Below, piece by piece: positions 17,841 to 26,719 of a stretch of DNA of 64,000 nt. Source of the DNA: a virus; the IMG/VR virus record IMGVR_UViG_3300045988_142085, positions 128,001 through 192,000 of that record, one strand, 5' to 3'. How positions within the stretch are numbered: position 1 is the first letter of the stretch; each line of letters begins with the position of its first letter. Both the position numbers and the translations under genes were made by a program. The notes beneath the pieces are model-generated. The model saw nothing but the letters and a program-made list of their open reading frames with translations, did no database searches and was not told the origin of the DNA.

Positions 17841-18370
17841 TATTTTTTCTTGGTTTTCCTTTTTAATTTTTTAACGTCGTCTAGCTGCATCCATTGACCA
17901 TCGTGAAATTGAATGCATTCTAGAGTGAGTTCGGGGAATTTATATTCGAATAATTTTTTCTTAAGATTAAAGTCGACCGTAGTCTTACCTTTAATATCGA
18001 TGACACGAATACTTTTATCTAAATTCTTTACGACAAAGTCTGCCACGTAATTAATAGCCCGAATCGTTTTTTTGTTCTTTTTAAAACTTGGTTGTAATTC
18101 GTAATTAACTTGTCGTTCAAATCCAGAGATCAATTTATCTTTAAGCTGTTGTTTTAAATAAATATAGTAACTAGCTTCCATTAAACTATCGAATTTAATA
18201 TCGTCGACAATAGGCTTATAAGAGAAGTATCGACTTTTCTTAATTCGATCTTTAACTTGAGGAAGTTCGAATGATTTAATTAATTTTTTCTTTTTATACT
18301 CTTTCCATAGAATATGAGTATCTTTTAAGGCTTTAGTCTTATAGACGCAGCCATCTATTTCATAAGGCAT
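17840..18370 (-). CDS. DUF1064-family protein (restriction-endonuclease-like PD-(D/E)xK fold)
   Basis: Pattern IVDDIKFDS..EA..Y..LK....I..FERQVNYELQPSFKKNKKTIRAINYVADFVV...IRVIDIKGKTTVDFNLKKKLFEYKFPE matches the recalled DUF1064 consensus (..AI.Y.ADF....EDVKG..T.DF.LK.KLF..YP). Confidence 0.6.
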   Translation of the reverse strand: MPYEIDGCVYKTKALKDTHILWKEYKKKKLIKSFELPQVKDRIKKSRYFSYKPIVDDIKFDSLMEASYYIYLKQQLKDKLISGFERQVNYELQPSFKKNKKTIRAINYVADFVVKNLDKSIRVIDIKGKTTVDFNLKKKLFEYKFPELTLECIQFHDGQWMQLDDVKKLKRKTKKK

Positions 18371-18372
18371 TA

Positions 18373-19071
18373 TTATTTTCCCGTAAATGTTCTAGATAAT
18401 TCTGGAATAAATCGACTCTTAGAAGATTCTTCTCGAACCGGGAAGAATATCTTTTGATCGATCCCCCGCAAAACATTATTAGCGATAAAGTTTAATCGCT
18501 CTATCGAGCTTATATCACGATATGCAATAAATGTTTTTCTAGTTTTGGCATAATAAAACATAACGCCGCTTAACTGAAAATCGAATGCATCGTATGCTGC
18601 TTTCCAATGGAGAGTGCAATTAATATTGCTATCACATTCTTCTTGACTGAATGTGTGAGAAAATACTGGATAAAATAAGAAATATTTTCCATTACGATAT
18701 GCGATAGGTCCGATATCGACTTCAATTTCTCCGTGATCAAACTCTAATACATGAGAATGACCGATAGAAATAATATTAAGTTGTTCCTCACTGCAGTATT
18801 CATAAAGACTAGAAAGATAATTAATACCTTTTAATACATCTTTATTATTGATACGATGAGGGGCAGTATTTAAATAATTATCTAACATTTGAGTCATTTC
18901 AGGAATGCCGATAATTTCTTTTTGATAAATACTGCCGAGAAAAGCGTATGCTATATCATGCAAAAACGAGCGTAAGGTACGCTCGTCTGTCGGTATTGGA
19001 GTATTATATTTTATGTTATAGTACCAAGGACTATCGAGATAGTCTAGGAATTGTTCATTAGTTATTTTCAT
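18373..19071 (-). CDS. Hypothetical protein (possible nuclease/exonuclease-like, replication module)
   Basis: 232-aa ORF overlapping the upstream gene by 14 nt. The acidic cluster LEFDHGEIEVDIG and later YYAKTRK could be a PD-(D/E)xK-type site but are not diagnostic. Confidence 0.4.
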   Translation of the reverse strand: MKITNEQFLDYLDSPWYYNIKYNTPIPTDERTLRSFLHDIAYAFLGSIYQKEIIGIPEMTQMLDNYLNTAPHRINNKDVLKGINYLSSLYEYCSEEQLNIISIGHSHVLEFDHGEIEVDIGPIAYRNGKYFLFYPVFSHTFSQEECDSNINCTLHWKAAYDAFDFQLSGVMFYYAKTRKTFIAYRDISSIERLNFIANNVLRGIDQKIFFPVREESSKSRFIPELSRTFTGK

Positions 19072-19534
19072 ATAATTGAGTAATGCAACGAGCTACTTCA
19101 TAAGATTCGGCAAATAAAGCATCTGGAGTATTTAGATTAGGACGTAACTGAGGAATTTCAGTTTTTTGACCTAATACAGATTCAGCAGATTGAGCAATCT
19201 TTAATTTAAGATCTTCGATAAGAGCATTGCCTTCAGCAATTTCTTCATCGCTTAATGCGAGAGCAAGATCTTTATTTAAATAATCGCGCACTTTAAATAT
19301 ATCTAAAGTATTATCTACTTCACTATTTAAATCTAGCACCAAGGTGGATACATATTTAGCCGTTAACTTAAGAACGTCGAACACTACAGGAGCTGTAGGA
19401 AAACGTTCATTAGTTAAACCTTTAATAACCGTAATCCAGATACCTAAGAAATTAGATTTCTCAGTAGTCGTAGCTGGAAAACTATTTAATAGGCTTTCAG
19501 AAAATGCTTCGTAGACTTTTTCGTAAATAGTCAT
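19058..19534 (-). CDS. Hypothetical protein
   Basis: 158-aa ORF in the same-strand array, 2-nt gap to the helicase gene. No recognisable motif. Confidence 0.4.
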   Translation of the reverse strand: MTIYEKVYEAFSESLLNSFPATTTEKSNFLGIWITVIKGLTNERFPTAPVVFDVLKLTAKYVSTLVLDLNSEVDNTLDIFKVRDYLNKDLALALSDEEIAEGNALIEDLKLKIAQSAESVLGQKTEIPQLRPNLNTPDALFAESYEVARCITQLYENN

Positions 19535-19536
19535 AT

Positions 19537-20565
19537 TTAACCTCGAATAATATTATTGAAACGTTCAGTATCTTGTTGATTAGCTTCTGTAGCATAAGAG
19601 AACTCAGGTACAAAATAGAAGAAGCTTCTACCTTTAAATTCACTTCGTTTATTCTTAGCCCAGTCTAATTCTATGACAGGCTGAATGTCGGCATGACCTT
19701 CTCTGTTATAGAATACTTTTGCATTATTTTTGTTTTTGCTTACGTCGTTATGAACAAGGAATACAACGCTCGCATCATATTGATATCGGACTGACTCCTT
19801 AAGATCGTCAAGAGATGGTCGGCCATTATGATTTAATTTTCTTAAATGGGCCGTACCAAATACCGGAATTTGTAAATCGACGTTAGCCAATTTTTTAAGT
19901 TCTTCAGATAATGCCTCATGACGTTCTTGCGGCTTATTAAACGTTCTGTTTTTAAAACGCAAGTCAGATAAGGAGTCAATACCGATAATGATATTATTTT
20001 CCGGATCAATCGATTTGACAAATTCTTGAGCTCGTTTTGCGTGTTCGCAAATATCTTCGAAAGATTGAACTCGAGTTCCGTCGGTCATCATGAATTGATG
20101 ACTCTGCTCCTTTAATAATTGAATACCGTCTTTGCGACGTTGAAGCTGAGCTTTAATTCTTTGAAAATACTCATCTTCTTCTTGGCATCGAGGAGTAATC
20201 GACGATATTTTTTCATAGCGTTTTGGTTTACCGGCAATCGCAATCGGGATTTGTTGATCCATCGCAATAATACGAGGAATAACTTCTCCGACAGTATCGT
20301 CTAGCGTATAGTAAATAGCTAATAATTTATTATCGGGATTCGTTCCCAAATCCTTTAATAAATTAGACATAATAGCTGTTTTACCGCCGTTAGATTCGCC
20401 GGCGAAAATATATAAGCCTTTTGTTAAGCCACTTAGGTTCTTATTGAATGATGGGAACCGTAATGTGTCATAACCTTCTTCTTCGTCTTTTTCGCTCTCT
20501 ATTTCGTATTCTTCATAGATTGTTAAAGACTCTTTATAAAAATCAATACTCATATTTAACTCCAT
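19537..20565 (-). CDS. DnaB-like replicative helicase / RecA-fold ATPase (C-terminal domain type)
   Basis: Walker A FAGESNGGKTA, Walker B-like IIIGIDSLSDL, and a later GTAHLRKL... Arg/His sensor region typical of DnaB_C/RecA-like ATPases. Confidence 0.55.
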   Translation of the reverse strand: MELNMSIDFYKESLTIYEEYEIESEKDEEEGYDTLRFPSFNKNLSGLTKGLYIFAGESNGGKTAIMSNLLKDLGTNPDNKLLAIYYTLDDTVGEVIPRIIAMDQQIPIAIAGKPKRYEKISSITPRCQEEDEYFQRIKAQLQRRKDGIQLLKEQSHQFMMTDGTRVQSFEDICEHAKRAQEFVKSIDPENNIIIGIDSLSDLRFKNRTFNKPQERHEALSEELKKLANVDLQIPVFGTAHLRKLNHNGRPSLDDLKESVRYQYDASVVFLVHNDVSKNKNNAKVFYNREGHADIQPVIELDWAKNKRSEFKGRSFFYFVPEFSYATEANQQDTERFNNIIRG

Positions 20566-21191
20566 CTGTAGAAAACTTTATCTAAACCAGCTCTATGGTT
20601 ATCCCAATAAATAGATTCAACTTTTTCAAGCGTATCTACTTCATAATTAGTTAGGTTAAGTAAAGAACTAACTTCGTATGCATGATCATCGATTAGATAA
20701 AGCAGAATATCTAATGAATCCATAAGTTGACGATTATATCGATTTAGAAGATAGTCAATGGCGCCAACATCTCGTTTTGCATCTCGTATCGTTAAAGGAT
20801 TAGCCTTTTTATAATAATAAGATAGCAACTGTTCTTTAGTGTAAGAAATTTTCATTTCTTTAAAAAACTTAACTTCCTCAACTTGAATATCGAGTCCAAT
20901 ATTAAGCTTAGGTGGTCGTGATAAAATTTGTAATTCTGGATGAAAATAATAAGTATCTCTTTTTATAAGCCCGTTCCAAAGAGAAGATGGCAGATCACAA
21001 TATTTAATATATTCTTTACGAAACGTGGACAAAATTTTTACAATATCGTTTGTACTGTAAAAATTATCGTATAAGTAATCTATCGTATATTGTGTAACAT
21101 ACGTTTTATCTGTTGTATGGCCTAGTATATTTTCTTCGTACCATAATCCACTAACCATAAAATATCCTCCGATTAAAAATAATATCTTCAT
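20556..21191 (-). CDS. Hypothetical protein translationally coupled to the helicase gene (possible helicase loader or primase-associated)
   Basis: 211-aa ORF overlapping the helicase start by 10 nt. Functional call by position only. Confidence 0.35.
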   Translation of the reverse strand: MKILFLIGGYFMVSGLWYEENILGHTTDKTYVTQYTIDYLYDNFYSTNDIVKILSTFRKEYIKYCDLPSSLWNGLIKRDTYYFHPELQILSRPPKLNIGLDIQVEEVKFFKEMKISYTKEQLLSYYYKKANPLTIRDAKRDVGAIDYLLNRYNRQLMDSLDILLYLIDDHAYEVSSLLNLTNYEVDTLEKVESIYWDNHRAGLDKVFYRWS

Positions 21192-21212
21192 AAACTATTA
21201 TAGCATAAGAAT

Positions 21213-21250
21213 TCAAAAAAGAAAAGGCCCGGACACTAAGTCCGAACCTT
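21213..21250 (-). terminator. Rho-independent terminator at the boundary of the structural and replication modules
   Basis: Minus strand GGUUCGGAC-UUAGU-GUCCGGGCC (9 bp with two G-U pairs) followed by UUUUCUUUUUU. The stop codon of the 21236 gene lies in the loop. Confidence 0.5.
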
Positions 21251-22378
21251 TAAAAATTCTATACTATACATTGCTTTTTTAACCGGGATGTCGGCATAGA
21301 ACACTTTTGTATTTCGAGAAATTTGATTAACGATATCTCGAGCATGAGTTTCGATAGGATATAATAAATTACCGTTAGATAAATAACTGTATAGTTTAAT
21401 ATTCATTTCGCTGCATGTCGTATTATGCTTACTGTATCGATTACCGACTTCATCGGCTGATTGATCAGAAATAATAATGTTATCGTTGATATATTTAATT
21501 AAATTTTTATATTCATTTTTAATAACGATATTACTATTCTTCGTATCGAAGTTTGCATTATATAAATAAATATGACGTAATCCGAATGGATACATACCGA
21601 GATTATTTACGAACGTTAGTTTGAAATTAAGAACCATCGTTTTAATACTATATGTATTATCGAATAGAATTCGCGTATCTTCTAACGGTTGATCATAATC
21701 GATAACGATAGCTTTATTACTCAATTGTGTCCCCGGTGTCGTAATAACCGTAATGTTTTTTAAAATAGATGCACCAGCTAAGAACGGAGAAATTTCGATT
21801 GCGTTACAGGTCGCAGAACCAACGATAGGATTGTCGGGAAATTCGATAGTCAATGTAACAGTATCAGAAGAATACTGATGAAATGTCGGCATCTTATTTA
21901 AAATTGTATCATGTTTTAATACGTCGATATATTCTTCTTTAACTTCTTCATTAATAGAAACCGTTGCTGAATTTTTAAAAATATATCCGGCAGCAGAATT
22001 AAAGTTAAGAAGATTATCTAAATTCCCTACAATCTTAGGATGAATACAATTGCCATATTTTTCGTAATTAGAATTTGCTTCTAATACTTTATTTGTGTCG
22101 GCAAATAAAATCTTATTAGAATTATAAATATTCTTTTTAAGTACTGTTTCACCATCGAAAATAGTTTCGTTGATTCGGTTCCCATCTTTAAGAGAATCGA
22201 TATAGCGAGACATCTGATTATTTAAATAATTGCTATATTCTAATACAGCATTCATAATTTCTAATTTTTTATCGTAAGAATTATGTTGTTTAATAATCGA
22301 CGTTTCTAAATTATTATATTCTTGTTGCATAGACTCAACAAGTTCTGTAAAATACTTAGACGTATTTTTTATTTCCAT
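21236..22378 (-). CDS. Hypothetical structural protein (distal end of tail/baseplate module)
   Basis: 380-aa ORF, N-terminal coiled-coil-like region, same-strand array. Confidence 0.45.
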   Translation of the reverse strand: MEIKNTSKYFTELVESMQQEYNNLETSIIKQHNSYDKKLEIMNAVLEYSNYLNNQMSRYIDSLKDGNRINETIFDGETVLKKNIYNSNKILFADTNKVLEANSNYEKYGNCIHPKIVGNLDNLLNFNSAAGYIFKNSATVSINEEVKEEYIDVLKHDTILNKMPTFHQYSSDTVTLTIEFPDNPIVGSATCNAIEISPFLAGASILKNITVITTPGTQLSNKAIVIDYDQPLEDTRILFDNTYSIKTMVLNFKLTFVNNLGMYPFGLRHIYLYNANFDTKNSNIVIKNEYKNLIKYINDNIIISDQSADEVGNRYSKHNTTCSEMNIKLYSYLSNGNLLYPIETHARDIVNQISRNTKVFYADIPVKKAMYSIEFLKVRT

Positions 22379-22388
22379 GCCATACCTC

Positions 22389-22604
22389 TTAATAGAAATT
22401 AGAATACTGACGATATGTATTTGATAAGATATTAGACTCTACTAACTTTTTGTAAACATCGTCGATCGATTTATTTTGAGATTCTAATTTTAATAATTTT
22501 TCTTTAAGCAATTTAATTTCGTTAGCTAAATTATAATAATTTAAAACGAACTTATCATACTCCCAAGAACCATTAAATCTGATGTTATATTTGATCATAT
22601 TCAT
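22389..22604 (-). CDS. Small hypothetical coiled-coil protein
   Basis: 71-aa ORF overlapping the upstream gene by 20 nt. Contains LLKEKLLKLESQNKSIDDVYKKL heptads. Confidence 0.3.
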   Translation of the reverse strand: MNMIKYNIRFNGSWEYDKFVLNYYNLANEIKLLKEKLLKLESQNKSIDDVYKKLVESNILSNTYRQYSNFY

Positions 22605-23748
22605 TATACCTATTCTGTTTGATTACTAAAGAATTAATTTTAACGTTACCGCCAGAAGGATTATCGATTACGGCAACTGGATTATCGTAATTAACTTCTT
22701 TATCGTAAGTAATGATTTCTAACATATTATCATAAGCACCTTCGTAAAACGTTCTAGAATAAATATGATTATCTTTTATAATGCAATTGTCGACAGCCGC
22801 AAAAATAATGCCGTCAGTATTAAAAGATATTTGACCATAAGGCGGCATTCTAAATTTAAAGTACTGTACTTTATCGGTAATTGTAACTAAATGATTGTTA
22901 ATATTAGTTTTAATAGGATCGAGCGTAAAGCTAAAATCGATATGTGTACCCTTATAAATATAAAATTCTACGTCGTGTTCGAAAGGATTTTGAACGTTGT
23001 TATATTGACTTAACTCAACACATTTATTGTCGACCTTAATCATATTATGTCCAGAGTATAAATAATACTGAGACTTATAAGTATTTTCAAATTTCTGTGG
23101 CAACTGATAGCTGCCAAAATATTTATTACCAGAATCTAATGAGAAAAATTCTGTTTTAGTTGTCGGTTCACCAGGCACTTGATACAATGATTCATTAGAT
23201 TCATAGTTAAGGATGTTTTCTGTCGGTGATAACTCTAATACTACGCTTGCATTATTATCTTCGACATTCGCTAAGAAAGCTAATGTCGATCCAGCATATG
23301 TCGTAAATGCAGGAAGCTTAACATAAGTTTTTCCGTCTTTATTTTGCATGTCGAAGTTATTAGATTGGAATACTAATGTATCGCCGAAAATTGCAATCGT
23401 TTCGAGCTTAGATCGATTATAATACTGATTAGCGATGCGCTCTAAATTATTTAACTTAATATTTACTAAGTCTTTAGTATTATTAAATTCTTCGACTGTT
23501 AATTCATATACAGATCGATATAATATCAATAGATCATTATATAAAACAGATAATTCATTATTAAATTCAGATACGTTTAGTTTAGAACCTTCTTGAATAT
23601 AACGATGTTTAAATAATGCTAATTGTGTATCATATTCTTCTAGCGCAGATTCTAAAGCACTATCGCTAATATATTCGCCAGATTTTAATGCTTGATCGAT
23701 TAATCGTTGGCGATAATATTCTAATTTATAAATCTGATCTTTATACAT
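22585..23748 (-). CDS. Hypothetical structural protein
   Basis: 387-aa ORF with N-terminal helical region then a beta-rich Asn/Tyr C-terminus, typical of fibre/baseplate proteins. Confidence 0.45.
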   Translation of the reverse strand: MYKDQIYKLEYYRQRLIDQALKSGEYISDSALESALEEYDTQLALFKHRYIQEGSKLNVSEFNNELSVLYNDLLILYRSVYELTVEEFNNTKDLVNIKLNNLERIANQYYNRSKLETIAIFGDTLVFQSNNFDMQNKDGKTYVKLPAFTTYAGSTLAFLANVEDNNASVVLELSPTENILNYESNESLYQVPGEPTTKTEFFSLDSGNKYFGSYQLPQKFENTYKSQYYLYSGHNMIKVDNKCVELSQYNNVQNPFEHDVEFYIYKGTHIDFSFTLDPIKTNINNHLVTITDKVQYFKFRMPPYGQISFNTDGIIFAAVDNCIIKDNHIYSRTFYEGAYDNMLEIITYDKEVNYDNPVAVIDNPSGGNVKINSLVIKQNRYNEYDQI

Positions 23749-25117
23749 TAGATACCTGCTTTCCTAAACATAATTTTAAATTAGCAATATACGGAGAATA
23801 ATCATAAGCGACGGGAACCGATAAAGCAATTTGGAGAGTCGTAATAGGCTCATCGATATATTCTACATATTTTTCTTTAATAGGATTCTTAGAATACTTA
23901 ATTAACTTAATACCTTTTTTGTCACTATTAACAGGAACAACGTTATATGCAATGCCATTAACGATTAGTTGGTATCCTATGTCTTGACGTAAAGCATCTT
24001 GTATAAAATCTGGGATATATTCATTACAGAATATACCAGCACATACTGCCTTACCTGACGTTATAATATTCTGAGTCGTACCGACACCTTCTTTAAATGA
24101 ATTGCGTCGAGCTTGCATCGCATCGATACGAACAAACTTACGATATACTCCGTCTTTTATCTGATCGTTAATTTTTATTTTCTTAGAATCGACAGCATTG
24201 CTATACATCGTAATTCTTAACAGTTGAGTAACTGGGAACACTAATGCGCCGCTGCCATAGATATATGTAAAATCAGAATAGCTATGATCTTGTTTATTAG
24301 GCTGAACATCGCCAGTAAATACTGTACGCCATTCTACATTATTATCGGAAACTTCGACTTTCGTGATATGAGTCGATGCATCATCGTCGAATATAAGTTC
24401 ATTGAAGCCATCTTCAAATTGAGACTCTAACGTAATTTGAACGGTAGCTGGAATATCGTCGATATTAATTAAATCGCTTTTATTAACTGCGTCATAGCTA
24501 AATAATCGGCTATATTCCCAAGCACTATTTTTAACGCCATCAAATACATTTTGCGTATTAGAAGTATCGAATAATTCTTTCTGCAATACATCATGTTGTT
24601 CAGATACAACATAGTCATTACCGGAATAACCGTTACCATTAATATTTACGATCTTAATCGGAATATTTTTTTCGTAGGTCTTACTCGAAGTAATACAATT
24701 TCTATATTGATATAGATTAGATTTAATAGAAAAATGGTTAGACGTAATTGGAATAATAGAATTAAAATCAGAGATATTGCCACAGATCATATTAATATCT
24801 TTTACGCGTTCATCTTCAGCATCTATCTTCTCTTGGATAGAAGCAATTTTTAAATCGACCTCAGATAATAAGTTTTCGATATCGTATGCAGAATCGATGC
24901 AGTTAAAACTTAAATTCATAATATCGAAAATAGATTCTAATGTATTTTGATGTACTTCAGTATACTTTGGTTCATCTTCTTCACTAAGATAGTTAGGTTT
25001 AAATAAAGGGCTTCGGGGATCTTGCAAGCTTTTCTCTTTAAACTTGTCCATGAGCCCTTCATCAGCTAATGCTTGAAGGTACGCATTTTTAACTGTCGTA
25101 TTCTTTAAATCTTCCAA
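23741..25117 (-). CDS. Hypothetical structural protein
   Basis: 458-aa ORF with 8-nt and 13-nt overlaps with its neighbours. Confidence 0.45.
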   Translation of the reverse strand: MEDLKNTTVKNAYLQALADEGLMDKFKEKSLQDPRSPLFKPNYLSEEDEPKYTEVHQNTLESIFDIMNLSFNCIDSAYDIENLLSEVDLKIASIQEKIDAEDERVKDINMICGNISDFNSIIPITSNHFSIKSNLYQYRNCITSSKTYEKNIPIKIVNINGNGYSGNDYVVSEQHDVLQKELFDTSNTQNVFDGVKNSAWEYSRLFSYDAVNKSDLINIDDIPATVQITLESQFEDGFNELIFDDDASTHITKVEVSDNNVEWRTVFTGDVQPNKQDHSYSDFTYIYGSGALVFPVTQLLRITMYSNAVDSKKIKINDQIKDGVYRKFVRIDAMQARRNSFKEGVGTTQNIITSGKAVCAGIFCNEYIPDFIQDALRQDIGYQLIVNGIAYNVVPVNSDKKGIKLIKYSKNPIKEKYVEYIDEPITTLQIALSVPVAYDYSPYIANLKLCLGKQVSNV

Positions 25118-25821
25118 TTTAATTTTCCTCCATGAGCATTAATAATAATATTATCTATTTTAATCGGATTTTTACCGAAGTAAATTCTCTTAATTAATTT
25201 TACTGCGATACGATTATCGATCGGCTTAATTCTCTTAGCATCGAACGGAATATAACTAATAACCAATTCTTTGGACTTTTCTTTAAGAATATTATTTAAA
25301 GAATTAATATTCGTAAGATATTCATCGTAATTAGCATATGTATTATATAAGACTAAACCGTCTTTTGTTTTTTCATGAATCGTAATCTGATAGTTTTTAT
25401 TAATTTTAAATCGAGTTTCGAGATTATAGAATAATTTTTCATACAATACTTGAGTTTGGTTATATGGTAAAATCGGAACTTCTTTATTGTTATCCAATAA
25501 GTAAAACTCTAAAGAATATTGTTCATCTTTAGTTTGCTCTTTTAATGAAGTTAATAACGTTAAATAATCGCAGTTTTCTATCGTAATAAACTTAGAAACA
25601 GTACCGCTCACATCAGTCGCATTGTTATAAGAGAACTTAATATTATTTATACCGAAATTATAAGAAACAACAGTAGAATCTAATTGAACATTTTTAATCT
25701 CGTCACGTCGAGGGATTGGTCGAGCAGTCGTACTAATTGTATCTTTATCGTCGAGTACGATACCGATATCTTTAACGGTTAAAGACCTACTTATTTTTGT
25801 TTCTTCTGCCATTAGCTTCAC
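25105..25821 (-). CDS. Hypothetical structural protein
   Basis: 238-aa ORF in a coupled array. Confidence 0.4.
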   Translation of the reverse strand: MKLMAEETKISRSLTVKDIGIVLDDKDTISTTARPIPRRDEIKNVQLDSTVVSYNFGINNIKFSYNNATDVSGTVSKFITIENCDYLTLLTSLKEQTKDEQYSLEFYLLDNNKEVPILPYNQTQVLYEKLFYNLETRFKINKNYQITIHEKTKDGLVLYNTYANYDEYLTNINSLNNILKEKSKELVISYIPFDAKRIKPIDNRIAVKLIKRIYFGKNPIKIDNIIINAHGGKLNWKI

Positions 25822-26668
25822 CTATATATTTCGTGACATCATTTTCGTAATAAATTTTAGCCATACGCTCTTCTTCTGTCTTTTCACTACCTTTATCAAA
25901 GTAGGCAATTCCAGCATAAGCGTTGTCCATAAATCCTTTAGATTTTGCATATAATACCTTCTTTTGTTTAACTTCAGGATTGCTAGAATTCAAAGTGACA
26001 ACAATTAAAGATATTTCTTGTGGGTCAAAATAAGAGTTAAAAGAATACTGATTAATACTATTATTAATCGTAAATGAGCCAGTACAGTTTACTAAATCAC
26101 AAGATATATAATTTAACGTGATTGGCTCGCTTAATTTAATCATAAATGTAGCAGTCTTTTTATTTAACTCTGTAACCATATTACGTTCAAAAGATATAAC
26201 TGCAGATCCATGATCTTTATCTATATTAACAGAATAAGCCTTTGTCGAAGAAATATTTTTAAATAAATCTATTTTACCTTCTTGTTGAACGACATAATCG
26301 ACCTGAGATATCTGAGTTCCGTCTCGGTCATAAACAACTTTTGTATCGTCGAAATCTGGAGAATAAGAAATAAAATTTTTATTTTGATATAAAGAATAAT
26401 TATTTTCTAATGCAATTAATTTATCGTTTAATTCTTTATATTTCTTATCGACTATGTCGTTAACATACGTAATCATATATTGATTACAATCTTCTAACGA
26501 TCGTATCATTCCAGTTAAATCGTTAAGAGATTTTTCTATGTCGGCATAATAATTATTATATTCTTCAGAATCCATAATTTTAGAGATATCGTATGCCGGA
26601 ATAGTAATCCCCTGTTTAATTACGTTAAGTTGTTCTAAAAAATCTTTATGATCTATAATCATAGTCAA
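25787..26668 (-). CDS. Hypothetical structural protein
   Basis: 293-aa ORF. RBS-like AAAGGA before the ATG. Overlaps the downstream gene by 35 nt. Confidence 0.4.
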   Translation of the reverse strand: MTMIIDHKDFLEQLNVIKQGITIPAYDISKIMDSEEYNNYYADIEKSLNDLTGMIRSLEDCNQYMITYVNDIVDKKYKELNDKLIALENNYSLYQNKNFISYSPDFDDTKVVYDRDGTQISQVDYVVQQEGKIDLFKNISSTKAYSVNIDKDHGSAVISFERNMVTELNKKTATFMIKLSEPITLNYISCDLVNCTGSFTINNSINQYSFNSYFDPQEISLIVVTLNSSNPEVKQKKVLYAKSKGFMDNAYAGIAYFDKGSEKTEEERMAKIYYENDVTKYIGEANGRRNKNK

Positions 26669-26679
26669 TCCTTTAAAAT

Positions 26680-26715
26680 AAAAAAGCCGAGAGCTTTCGC
26701 CCCCGGCTATAACAG
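26680..26715 (-). terminator. Possible weak rho-independent terminator or attenuator
   Basis: Minus strand AGCCGGG-(10 nt)-CUCGGCU (7 bp including one G-U) followed by UUUUUUAUUUU, between the 26720 and 26668 gene ends. Confidence 0.3.
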
Positions 26716-26719
26716 TTCG

